From an uncultured cyanobacterium (GTDB lineage: Bacteria > Cyanobacteriota > Cyanobacteriia > Phormidesmidales > Phormidesmidaceae): a stretch of 64,000 bases of DNA. The position numbers and the translations under genes are program-made. Below, in pieces: positions 54,763-64,000 of the stretch (the first letter of the stretch is position 1; every line of letters starts with the position of its first letter). The notes beneath the pieces were generated by a model that did no database searches, was not told where the DNA came from, and worked only from the letters and a program-made list of their open reading frames with translations. Location: the NCBI GenBank assembly GCA_963793265.1, contig CAWBZI010000006.1:1-64000 (forward strand), given 5' to 3'.

Positions 54763-57223
54763 TTAATATTTGCCCGCCATTTCAGCACTTATCGCGCCCT
54801 CAAGCGTACCTACAGGCGCTCGATAAAAATATTGACGGCGAAACTGCTCCTCTTGCACAGCACTCAAAAAGCGTCCAAGTGTCTCATCCGATAGCGCCTG
54901 CTGCTCTGAAGGATCTAATAGCTCTGTTTGCCCAGGCGTGTGCTCAGAGCGAAACTGAAAACGGATATCAATGGCCGAACGCTTCACGATAAAGCCGTGC
55001 TGAGCTAGCGCAGATAGGCCCAAAGATAGGGTGCGATCGCTCACATCCAGCTTTTCGCCCAGCCGCTCCGGCGTCGCAGCCAACTGCTCTCGACTCAAAT
55101 ACTTCGCCAGCCCCAGCAGCATTTTCCACTTATATATAGGATCGACTTCCGCCGGAGCCGGATAGGCTAGCGCTAGCGGCTGACGCATTTGATCGGCCTG
55201 ATGTCGCCACAGTGAAAGCTCCTGCCACCGCGTCGGACAGTCACTCAAAATCAGATCTGTCTCAGAGGTTCTAACGCTATCTTCAGGCGTCCGCCAGTCC
55301 AAAAGCCAGCCAGCCCCATTAGCGAGCCTTGCCGATCTCTGACTACTAGCCGCCCCGTCAGCCGTTGCCGCCACAGTTGGCCGAATGTCCACCAGTCGAA
55401 TCTCATACCGGCGGCTCTTAGGATGGCTGTTATAGTCCAGCTCAGCGATTACATCCCACCGGCCCGGCGGCAAATCATCTTTGTAATGCCCCCACCAAAG
55501 CCCTGGAAATTGTCGGGTGCGATCGCCCCCAATACTCTCATCACACAAATCAAAGCTCGCCTTAATATAGCCAACCTTCCCCCCCATCCGATCCTTCAGC
55601 TTTTGATGCCACACATTCTCAAACCAGCAGTTCTCAATCAGCAGCTTTGGCACCGGATTGCCCATACCGCAAGGCTCCAACAGCTTCAATTCCTGAAATA
55701 GCTCCCGACCCAAATCAGCCACCGTCACCTTCAAATCAGCCTTCACCACCGGCTGATTCTGACCGCCGCCCTTTTGCCGGTACTGCTGATTAATCGCCGC
55801 CGTAAACATCGACAAATCCTTCACCGGCAAACTCAGGCCCGCCGCAAACGGATGCCCGCCAAAGCCCGTCAGCAAATGCGCCTGCGAACTTCACCAGCTC
55901 ATACAAATCAATCTGATTCACCGACCGCGCCGATCCCCTCGCCAGCGTCTCACCCGCTTCACTGCTCCCTTCCGCCTCAGGCCGATCCAACGTCAGCAAA
56001 ATAGTTGGCCTACCGTACTGCTGCGCCACCTGCCCGGCCACTAAGCCCAACACCCCGACCGGCCACTGCGCATCACACAGCACAATCACGCCCATCGTCG
56101 AAAGATCGCGAGCTTCTAGCTGACGAATCACCTGCTGCAACACATCGTTTTGCAACGCCTTCCGACGCGCGTTTGCCAGCTCAGCCTTTTCAGCCAGCAC
56201 CCGGCAGCGCTCAGCGTCTTTACTCGTCAGCAGCTCCACACAAAAGCTAGCGTCGCCATAAATGCGGCTCACAGCGTTAATGCGCGGGCCGATGCCAAAG
56301 GAAATATCAGTGGGGCGATCGCCCGCTCGCCGACACAGCGCCAGCAGCCGCGCCACCCCCGGCCTCACTGGCTCATCCGTCTGCAAATGGGTCTGCAACT
56401 GCTCAATCCCAATCTGCGCCAAATACCGGCAGTCTCCTTTCAGCTCTACCAAATCGGCAATCAAACCAATCGCCACCAAATCCACCAGCTCTCTTAGCGG
56501 CCTAGTCGGCACCTCGGGCAGTCGCTCATACAGCGCCTCTATCAGCTTGTAAGCCACCGCCACCCCTGACAAATGCGCCATCGGATGCCCCGCAGGCAGC
56601 GCCCGAGGATTCACAATCGCCACCACCGCAGGCCGCACCTTCGGCAGCGTATGGTGATCGCTCACAATTACCGCCATTCCCAACGCATTAGCCCGCTCAA
56701 TCTCCAGTGGATTTGTGCTGCCCGTATCGCAGGTCACAATCAGCTTTACGCCCTGCGCCGCAAGCTGCTCAATCCCCATCATCGAGAGTCCATGAGACTC
56801 TTTCAGCCGGTTAGGAATGAAATAAGTGAGCTGATCTGGCTCTGTGAAAAACTGTCGCAGTCCGTCCCACAGCACCGCCGTCGAAGTCACCCCGTCTGCG
56901 TCGAAGTCGCCCCAAATAGCCACTTTTTCAGCGCGATCACGTGCCACCACCAGCCGATCCACGGCCCACACCATCTCCTCACCAAACTCAAACGGACCGG
57001 CTGGCGTGTATGCTTGCGATCGCAAAAACCCCTCCAGCGCCTCAGCCGACCTCAGCCCTCTATTCCATAGCAACTGCGCTCCCCATACCGGATGCGACAG
57101 TCCCGTAACACGAGCCACCGTCTTCACCCACTCACTCCGCTGCGCCCCCGACAGCTCCACCGAAGCCATTTGCCAGGTCGTCAAGCGATCAGGTTCTTGC
57201 TGAGCAGGCGAGTTCTGAGCCAT
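54763..57223 (-). pseudogene. recJ: ssDNA exonuclease RecJ with one frameshift at about 55888 (probably sequencing error)
   Basis: GDFDADG, SDHH, GPRINA and RGSARS; GGHPFAAG lies in the other frame. Confidence 0.9.
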
Positions 57224-57467
57224 AGAACACAAAAGATGGGTTAGTAAAATTCCAAGCTAGCACTTCGCTCATGAAAAAATATCAGCGGGGCCGCAAATCA
57301 GTTCGACCACTAAACAATCTGGCAGCTATCACCGCAGACATCATCCCAAACGGGTACGTTGAAGCTGTTAGAAAGCGCTATTAAAAGCATTTGCTCGAAT
57401 ATTTACGAGCAACCACTTCAGGCTTTTAACTGCTCAGATAGAATAAGCGCAACTCAGAAAGGAAACA

Positions 57468-58628
57468 TTGGAGATGAAGCTAGGTGACTGGGTAAGTCTG
57501 CTGTGTTTTATAGCAGCAGCATATATTTTGTGGCACATCAGGCCGCTGCTGCTGCTGTCATTTGCAGCCGTTGTCATCGCTGTCGCGCTCAACAGCCTTA
57601 CCAGGCAAATTCGCAAACTCAACGTGCCTCGCCGATTCGCAATTCCAGTTGCGATCGCCCTTTCTACCCTCGTCGCCTCCCTCTTCATCCTCGGCATCGT
57701 ACCGCCTTTTGTAGAACAGTTCAGACTCCTCATAGAGCTAGTCGTCGGCTTCTCCCAAACTCTACCCGACCGTATGATGCAGCTACAGGGCTCTCTGCCT
57801 GAGCGCATCCGCCTGCCAGAATTTGGCGAATTTGTTGAATGGCTTACCGCCCCAGACTCCGCCGTTCTAGACGTTTTTAGCAACTTCTTCTCCTTCTTTA
57901 ACTCATCCCTGCGCGTTCTACTGCAAACGCTTTTCGTCGGTGTGCTCGCCGTGATGATGCTCTCGAACCCTGCAGCCTACCTAGAAGGCGTACTGCTGCT
58001 ATTTCCTGCCTTCTACCGGCGGCGCGCCCGCGAAATTTTTAGTCAGTGCGAGCTAGCCCTTGGCAACTGGCTCGGCGGCATCGTCATCAGCTCCCTTTTC
58101 GTATTCACCGTTAGCTTCATCGGGCTGTTAGTTCTCGGCGTCGATCTCGCCTTTGCCCATGCGCTATTAGCAGGCGTTCTCAACTTCATTCCCAATATCG
58201 GGCCCACCTTGAGCATGGGGTTTCCGCTGGTGGTGACGCTGATCTCAGATGAGCCCTGGAAGGCGATCGCAGTCATCGGCCTCTATATCGTCATCCAACA
58301 GGCAGAATCCTACTGGGTCACCCCCGCTATCATGGCCCACCAAGTCTCCCTCCTCCCCGCCTTCACCCTCATCGCCCAAATCTTCTTCGCCAGCACCTTC
58401 GGATTTCTCGGCCTCCTGCTTGCCCTCCCCCTCACCGTTGTCACCAAAACCTGGCTCCAAGAACTCCTCATCAAAGACGTACTTGACCACTGGAATCTCT
58501 CGCCCATCAAGCGCCGCGCCGCAGCAAACGTGACCATAGCCCCTCAAAACATAAACGCGTCTCCAGAAGATCCGCTTAGCCCACCCACCCCTCAAGCCAC
58601 GACACCAGACACCGGCTTAGCGCAATGA
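57468..58628 (+). CDS. AI-2E family transporter
   Basis: LNFIPNIGP, QQAESY..TP and GFLGLLLALP motifs. Confidence 0.9.
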   Translation: MEMKLGDWVSLLCFIAAAYILWHIRPLLLLSFAAVVIAVALNSLTRQIRKLNVPRRFAIPVAIALSTLVASLFILGIVPPFVEQFRLLIELVVGFSQTLPDRMMQLQGSLPERIRLPEFGEFVEWLTAPDSAVLDVFSNFFSFFNSSLRVLLQTLFVGVLAVMMLSNPAAYLEGVLLLFPAFYRRRAREIFSQCELALGNWLGGIVISSLFVFTVSFIGLLVLGVDLAFAHALLAGVLNFIPNIGPTLSMGFPLVVTLISDEPWKAIAVIGLYIVIQQAESYWVTPAIMAHQVSLLPAFTLIAQIFFASTFGFLGLLLALPLTVVTKTWLQELLIKDVLDHWNLSPIKRRAAANVTIAPQNINASPEDPLSPPTPQATTPDTGLAQ

Positions 58629-58691
58629 AGCGCCCTGTCTAATCAACAAAAATGGGAACGATAGAGAAGCATTTTCGCCTGCTCATTCAAC

Positions 58692-60233
58692 ATGTCTTCT
58701 CCCAATAACGCATTCGCTGAGAGCATCAAGCACCTGCAAACGCTGCTGATGTCATTTCACCCCATTGTTGTGATCGAAACGGTAGAAGAAGAGCGCGTCC
58801 AAACCCTGCTCGATAAAGCAACCGGCGAACTTCAAATCAGTACTTTCGACTGGAGCGTCGCCCAAGGACTCAGCCGCCTGCAAAGCAGCACTAGCCACTG
58901 GAAAAACGAATACGCCCCACTCGGCAGCACTCGGCAGGTCATCGAAAAAACCACCGATCCGCTAGATCTACTGCGCCACATTCAAAACGCACCGACCCGA
59001 GGCGTCTACTGGCTCAAAGACTTCGCCACCCATTTAGAAGACGCCGTGATCGCCCGCCAGCTCAGAGAAGTCGCCCATGCCTTCAGCTCGCACCAGTCCG
59101 CCCTTATCCTCACAGGCGAACAGGTTTGGCTCCCTAAAGAAACCGCCCACGAAGCCGTCTACTTCAATCTCCCGCTACCCGGCCCTATCGAACTCAAAAA
59201 AGCCATCGACACCGCCGTCCAGTCCTGTCGCGGTCGAGTGAAAGTCGATCTCTCCCCTAAAGACTCTCAGCAGCTCATCAAAGCCGTTCAGGGCATGACC
59301 CTCAAGCAAACCAAAAAAGTCATTGCCTACGCTGCCATCTCTGACGGCAAACTCAACTCGGATGACATCCACCGCGTCCTAGAGCGCAAAATCCAGGTCA
59401 TCCACGAAACCGGCCTGCTTGACTACTTCCCACCCGAACAAAACACCGCTCAGCTCGGCGGCTTTGCCAACCTCAGACAGTGGCTCAACCGCGCCCGCAC
59501 CGGCTTCTCCGACCAGGCCAAAAGCTTCGGCCTCACCCCGCCCAAAGGCATCCTCATCGTCGGCATTCAGGGCTGCGGCAAATCCTTAGCCGCCAAAACC
59601 ATCGCCCGCCAGTGGCAAATGCCCCTGCTCAAACTAGACACCGGCAAACTTTACGACAAGTACGTTGGCGGCTCAGAGAAAAACTTCCGCCAGGCAGTCG
59701 GCCTAGCCGAAAAGCTAGCGCCCGCTGTCCTGTGGGTAGACGAAATCGAAAAAAGCATGGGCCAAAGCGGTAGCGACACCGATGGCGGACTCAGCCGCAG
59801 ACTCTTCGGCTCTTTCCTCACCTGGCTTCAGGAAAAATCTGAGGAAGTTTTCGTTGTCGCCACGGCCAATGACATTTCAGCTATCCCCCCCGAACTCCTC
59901 CGCAAGGGCCGCTTCGACGAGATCTTCTTTGTAGACTTGCCCGATGCGCAGGAGAGAGCGACCATCTTGCAAATCCACATGACGCTCCACCGGCAAGAGC
60001 CCAAAAGGTTTGATATTCCCCGGCTCGTCCTCGCTAGCGACGGCTTCAGCGGTGCAGAAATTGAGCAGGCCATTATCACCGCACTTTACCACGCCCTTTA
60101 TGAACGCTGCCCGGTTAATACCGATCTCATTGAGCAAACAATTAAAGCCACGGTGCCTTTGTCGGTATCAAGGCGCGAGGACTTACAGAGATTGAGAGCG
60201 ATCGCCCAAACCCGTTTCGTCAGCGTGAAATAG
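58692..60233 (+). CDS. Ycf46-type AAA ATPase
   Basis: [16 protein letters not shown] and [19 protein letters not shown] motifs. Confidence 0.9.
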   Translation: MSSPNNAFAESIKHLQTLLMSFHPIVVIETVEEERVQTLLDKATGELQISTFDWSVAQGLSRLQSSTSHWKNEYAPLGSTRQVIEKTTDPLDLLRHIQNAPTRGVYWLKDFATHLEDAVIARQLREVAHAFSSHQSALILTGEQVWLPKETAHEAVYFNLPLPGPIELKKAIDTAVQSCRGRVKVDLSPKDSQQLIKAVQGMTLKQTKKVIAYAAISDGKLNSDDIHRVLERKIQVIHETGLLDYFPPEQNTAQLGGFANLRQWLNRARTGFSDQAKSFGLTPPKGILIVGIQGCGKSLAAKTIARQWQMPLLKLDTGKLYDKYVGGSEKNFRQAVGLAEKLAPAVLWVDEIEKSMGQSGSDTDGGLSRRLFGSFLTWLQEKSEEVFVVATANDISAIPPELLRKGRFDEIFFVDLPDAQERATILQIHMTLHRQEPKRFDIPRLVLASDGFSGAEIEQAIITALYHALYERCPVNTDLIEQTIKATVPLSVSRREDLQRLRAIAQTRFVSVK

Positions 60234-60253
60234 GGTTCTGTCTAAAGCGATAT

Positions 60254-61066
60254 TTACTTTCTAGCAATCAACAGAAGACGAAAAGCTGCTTTTTCTGGCG
60301 AACCAAACAAATGTGGCTTCAGCAGCTTAGAAACACAGCGGAAGCCAGCTTTTACCAGTCCATCAACCAAAGCCTCTTCAGTCGCCCAAAAAGAAAAAGT
60401 ATTATCCAAAGAAGCTCTTACCTTCTTATATTTCTCCTGCTCAGAGGCATTGTTCTCATGCTCTCGGTACAGGTAGCCTTCGTAGCCACTTTCTGTTGTA
60501 ACAGGCCCCTCAAGCCGGAAGCTCTTCACAGAAGCAGGCGTACTAACATGTGTATACAAAAAAACAGTGTCCGTGCTCAACGAAGCTAACGTTTGCAGCA
60601 TTCCTTCAAAAGAAGGCTGACCGAGATGATGCAAAATGCCGGAAAAAACGACGCACTCAAACGTACCTACTTCCGAAGGGTTCACTGTCCGCACATCGCC
60701 CTGACGGAAGCTAGCATTTTCTACACCCAAGGCTTTAGCGGCAAACGCAGCCCTATCGACATATATCTGGCGACCTTCTACGCCCACAACATTCGCCCCG
60801 GCCTGAGCCAGGCGAATCGAATGAACCCCTTCGGCTGAAGCCAAATCGAGTATGCTCAGGCCGCCTAGCTGACCGCGCTTGCAGTGCAAAGGGAGAACTT
60901 CTTTCAGTAGCTCGCCGAGCTTACCAAGTCCAACCGCCTTGTTATAGAACTTTTCTTCCTTAGGAGAAACCGTCTCTATGCCATGCCCAAAATTAAAATA
61001 GTGCGCCCATGGAATTGAGGGCTCTAGCTGGGCAAGACCTTGCTTAATTTCTTCTGGATTCATCAT
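60254..61066 (-). CDS. class I SAM methyltransferase (DUF1698/CmoB-like fold)
   Basis: ILDLASAEG, VGVEGR and GILHHL motifs; start uncertain (61066 or 61123). Confidence 0.8.
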   Translation of the reverse strand: MMNPEEIKQGLAQLEPSIPWAHYFNFGHGIETVSPKEEKFYNKAVGLGKLGELLKEVLPLHCKRGQLGGLSILDLASAEGVHSIRLAQAGANVVGVEGRQIYVDRAAFAAKALGVENASFRQGDVRTVNPSEVGTFECVVFSGILHHLGQPSFEGMLQTLASLSTDTVFLYTHVSTPASVKSFRLEGPVTTESGYEGYLYREHENNASEQEKYKKVRASLDNTFSFWATEEALVDGLVKAGFRCVSKLLKPHLFGSPEKAAFRLLLIARK

Positions 61067-61166
61067 ATCGGTACTGTTCAAATCTATGCTGTTCAAGTTT
61101 TTACGCGAGCCCGAAAAGCGCAAGCAGCCCTAAGCTGAAAGTGCGAAGCATTCAATTAGGATCTTT

Positions 61167-62021
61167 ATGAAGCTTACCGCTAACCAGCCCCCTGCGACGG
61201 CCCTTCTCTTTGCTGCTATTTTCTCTGTCCAATTCGGCTCTGCACTGGCCAAGTATCTGTTTGATGACCTTGGCCCCTGGGGTGTTGTAGCGCTACGCGT
61301 TAGCTTTTCAGCCTGCCTGCTCTTCGCCCTGTGGCGCTTTAAGTGGAACGCGCAAGTTCGCCAGAACCTGAAGCTTCTCATTGCTTTCGGCGTCATCTTT
61401 GCGATGATGAATTCTTGCTTTTACTTATCGATCGCCCGCATTCCCTTAGGTGTTGCGATCGCTCTAGAATTCACCGGCCCCCTCGGCCTCACTATCCTCA
61501 AATCCCAGCGCTGGCTCGACGGCCTCTGGGCGCTTCTAGCCGCCATCGGCATCATCCTCATCACCCCGCTTACAGGCGCGACCCTCGACCCCTGGGGAAT
61601 TACTTTCGCCCTCATCGCAGGCATCTGCTGGGCGCTCTACATCGTATGCTCTGCTGAAGTCGGCCAAAAGATTTCCGGCATCGAGGGGCTCGCTTGGGCC
61701 TTGGCCGTCAGCTCCATTTTGCTACTCCCTATTGGCATCGCTACCGCAGGCAGCGCTCTGTTAGATCCCAAGCTTTTACTCATGGGCGCAGGCGTCGCGG
61801 TTCTCTCAACTGCCCTGCCCTACTCGCTTGAGATGATTGCGTTGCGATCGCTCCCTATCAAAGTCTTCGGCGTCATGCTCAGTATGGAGCCTATGGTCGG
61901 GGTTTTAGCAGGATTTATTATTTTGGGTGAGAAGCTATCGGTGCGATCGCTCACCGCCTGCATCCTCGTCTCTATTGCCGCCGCAGGAGCAGCCAGGTTC
62001 AAAGATCCGGTTCAACCCTAA
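61167..62021 (+). CDS. EamA/RhtA-like DMT exporter
   Basis: SVQFGSALAK, RIPLGVAIALEFTGPL and PYSLEM motifs. Confidence 0.9.
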   Translation: MKLTANQPPATALLFAAIFSVQFGSALAKYLFDDLGPWGVVALRVSFSACLLFALWRFKWNAQVRQNLKLLIAFGVIFAMMNSCFYLSIARIPLGVAIALEFTGPLGLTILKSQRWLDGLWALLAAIGIILITPLTGATLDPWGITFALIAGICWALYIVCSAEVGQKISGIEGLAWALAVSSILLLPIGIATAGSALLDPKLLLMGAGVAVLSTALPYSLEMIALRSLPIKVFGVMLSMEPMVGVLAGFIILGEKLSVRSLTACILVSIAAAGAARFKDPVQP

Positions 62022-62121
62022 AGACGCCAACAGAAGACATCAACCAAAGTTTATCAAAGCCGACTGGGTAACCTACAGAGGCAACGGCCCGTATCTTCTA
62101 CCCATCAGCCATCTTTGCGCT

Positions 62122-62832
62122 ATGTCTTTGACCGCTCTGTCACTCCCGATGTCACCTGAAGACTTCAGCGAGCTTTTTCCCCTCTTCAAAGCCGCTAGCC
62201 CCGAAACCCTCAAGACGCTACACGAAGGCGCGACCTTTAACGAGTGCCCGGCTGGTCGCACCGTCCTCATGGAAGACTCTTGGGGCAACGCCGTCTATCT
62301 CATCGTCTCCGGCTGGGCCAAAGTCCGCGTGCAGTCGGGCGATGGCTACGTCACCCTGGTCATCTTAGGCAAAGGCGAATACTTTGGCGAAATGGCCGTC
62401 CTCAACGAATCTCCCCGATCTACCGATGTCGCTGCCCTCTCGCGAGTAGAACTCGTTAGCATCCCCGCCCAACTCTTCATCCAAACCCTCTTCAAAGACC
62501 CTCAGCTCCACCACCGAATGCTACAGAGCATGGTGCAGCGGCTCAAGCAAACCCAAAAACGCTTTCAGCTCCGCAACAAGCCCCCTGGCGTAAAAATGGT
62601 CTACGCCCTCGTCGATATCGCTGACGCCTATGGCGAAGAAGTGGGCGATACAGTGGAAATCTTTAATATTCCAGTCAGCGATTTAGCCGCCATCTCAGAC
62701 GTAACGCTCAATGAAGTACCTAAAATTCTAGAAAAGCTCGCTGCCCGCAAATGGCTAAAAGTCGATACTCACAGAGACGTCATCCAGCTACTAGACATGA
62801 AAAACCTTAGACACCTTTCCAAGCTGGGCTAG
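62122..62832 (+). CDS. Crp/Fnr-family transcriptional regulator
   Basis: cNMP-binding fold FGEMAVL..SPRSTDV and C-terminal HTH-like region. Confidence 0.85.
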   Translation: MSLTALSLPMSPEDFSELFPLFKAASPETLKTLHEGATFNECPAGRTVLMEDSWGNAVYLIVSGWAKVRVQSGDGYVTLVILGKGEYFGEMAVLNESPRSTDVAALSRVELVSIPAQLFIQTLFKDPQLHHRMLQSMVQRLKQTQKRFQLRNKPPGVKMVYALVDIADAYGEEVGDTVEIFNIPVSDLAAISDVTLNEVPKILEKLAARKWLKVDTHRDVIQLLDMKNLRHLSKLG

Positions 62833-62934
62833 TAGCGACCTTTAAGTTTTTCGGTGGATTAATGAATTCTGCCCACTCTTTTTCTACAGTAGAGAGAATT
62901 TCCAGATGCTCTACTAGAGATTGAGAGATCGCAC

Positions 62935-63414
62935 ATGAACATTCAGCCGCCTCCCATTTCACCTCGTCAGATGAATCTGCTGCGCGTCGTTCTCTCTATG
63001 GCTTGGGCTGACAAAAGCCTGGAGCAAAAAGAAGTAGATACCATGCTCACTCGCTTCAGCCAGCTATTCTCTACCGATCTAAACCAGCAGAAAGCACTAC
63101 AGCACCAGCTTCAAGAATATTTCGTTCAAGACGTACCACTTAAAGAGGCTGTTGCCAAGCTCACCACCGATGAAGAGAAAGAAGTCGCGCTTCGCCTCTC
63201 TTACGAAGTTATTAACGCCAGTAAGCGTACGCCAGAGGAAGACGCGGTTAATGAAGCTGAAAGCGAAGCCTACACAGCGCTTGTAAGCCTGCTTAATTTA
63301 CCTGAAGATACCGTCAAACGAGCAGAGCAAGAAGCAACCGCCTCACTTAGCAAAGGCGGCGAAAACGTAATCGACATGCTTGCCTTTCAAATACGCGATC
63401 GCATCTCCCCATAA
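62935..63414 (+). CDS. TerB-family protein
   Basis: MAWAD..L..KE and VNEAE motifs. Confidence 0.75.
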   Translation: MNIQPPPISPRQMNLLRVVLSMAWADKSLEQKEVDTMLTRFSQLFSTDLNQQKALQHQLQEYFVQDVPLKEAVAKLTTDEEKEVALRLSYEVINASKRTPEEDAVNEAESEAYTALVSLLNLPEDTVKRAEQEATASLSKGGENVIDMLAFQIRDRISP

Positions 63415-63453
63415 CATCGCACGGGCACAAGGCATTGCGCCCTCCGGCTCCAA

Positions 63454-64000
63454 CTAACGGCTCATCGCCAACATCCGCTCAATAGGCACAAGCGCATTCG
63501 CCTGAATCTCTGCCGGGATCGTAATCTCAGGCGTCTTATTCTTCATTGCTAAGTACAGCTTCTGCAACGTATTCAACCGCATATACGGGCACTCGTTACA
63601 CGCACAGTTCGCCTCCGGTGGCGCTGGAATAAAGTGCTTTTCAGGCACTTGCTTTTCCATCTGGTGAATAATGCCAGGCTCTGTAGCAACAATAAAGCGA
63701 TCGCTCTGACTCGTCTCCACATACTTCAGCAGCGCTGTCGTAGACCCAATAAAGCTTGCGTGCCGCAGCACACCCTCTTCACACTCAGGATGCGCAATAA
63801 TCTCCGCATCGGGGTGCTCCATCTTAAGCTGCAACATCTTCTTCTCAGAAAAAGTCTCGTGCACAATGCAGCTACCCTGCCACAGCACCATATCGCGCCC
63901 AGTCTGAGCCATCACATACCGGCCCAAGTTACGATCCGGTGCAAAAATAATCTTCTGCTCAGCCGGTAGCTGATTCACCAGCTTCACCGCATTCGAGCTA
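63454..64000 (-). CDS. nadA: quinolinate synthase, 5' end outside window
   Basis: APDRNLG, GSCIVHE, AHPEC and CPYM motifs. Confidence 0.95.
   Translation of the reverse strand, partial: SSNAVKLVNQLPAEQKIIFAPDRNLGRYVMAQTGRDMVLWQGSCIVHETFSEKKMLQLKMEHPDAEIIAHPECEEGVLRHASFIGSTTALLKYVETSQSDRFIVATEPGIIHQMEKQVPEKHFIPAPPEANCACNECPYMRLNTLQKLYLAMKNKTPEITIPAEIQANALVPIERMLAMSR

Noticed and set aside
51649..57223. Programmed frameshifting in the pseudouridine synthase gene or recJ
   Set aside because: No slippery heptamer or stimulatory structure at the shifts; they belong to a cluster of probable sequencing indels.

Overview
A 64-kb stretch of a cyanobacterial chromosome, identified by psbA, ppc and roughly 80 HIP1 octamers (GCGATCGC) counted by eye. 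It looks Leptolyngbya/Phormidesmis-like, but the taxon is not provable here. Core genes include psbA (Glu130 form), ppc, moeA, frmA/fghA, dacB, sphS, recJ and nadA. Accessory content includes a cell-surface acylation/carbamoylation neighbourhood (MBOAT + SGNH, AT3-SGNH, and SGNH + sxtI/J/K-like genes), five toxin-antitoxin loci (four damaged), a frameshifted YD-repeat/DxDxDG protein, and a HIP1-free defence-type island (Uma2, hicAB relic, NACHT-HEAT, relBE). A run of single-base frameshifts at 48.6-52 kb and in recJ looks like sequencing error. The best leads are: (1) a sequence-wide flip in strand composition centred on HIP1 sites, G/T-rich upstream and C/A-rich downstream, regardless of gene strand; (2) an unannotated 54-aa SxtK-like peptide ending in a DltX-type FIYxxF motif, suggesting a tyrosine-shuttle carbamoylation relay; (3) a small gene with a five-hairpin, RBS-sequestering leader and a SymR-like antisense hairpin, a candidate new type I TA family; (4) a DUF4278 microprotein with an extended glutamine riboswitch and an NtcA site over its -10 box.
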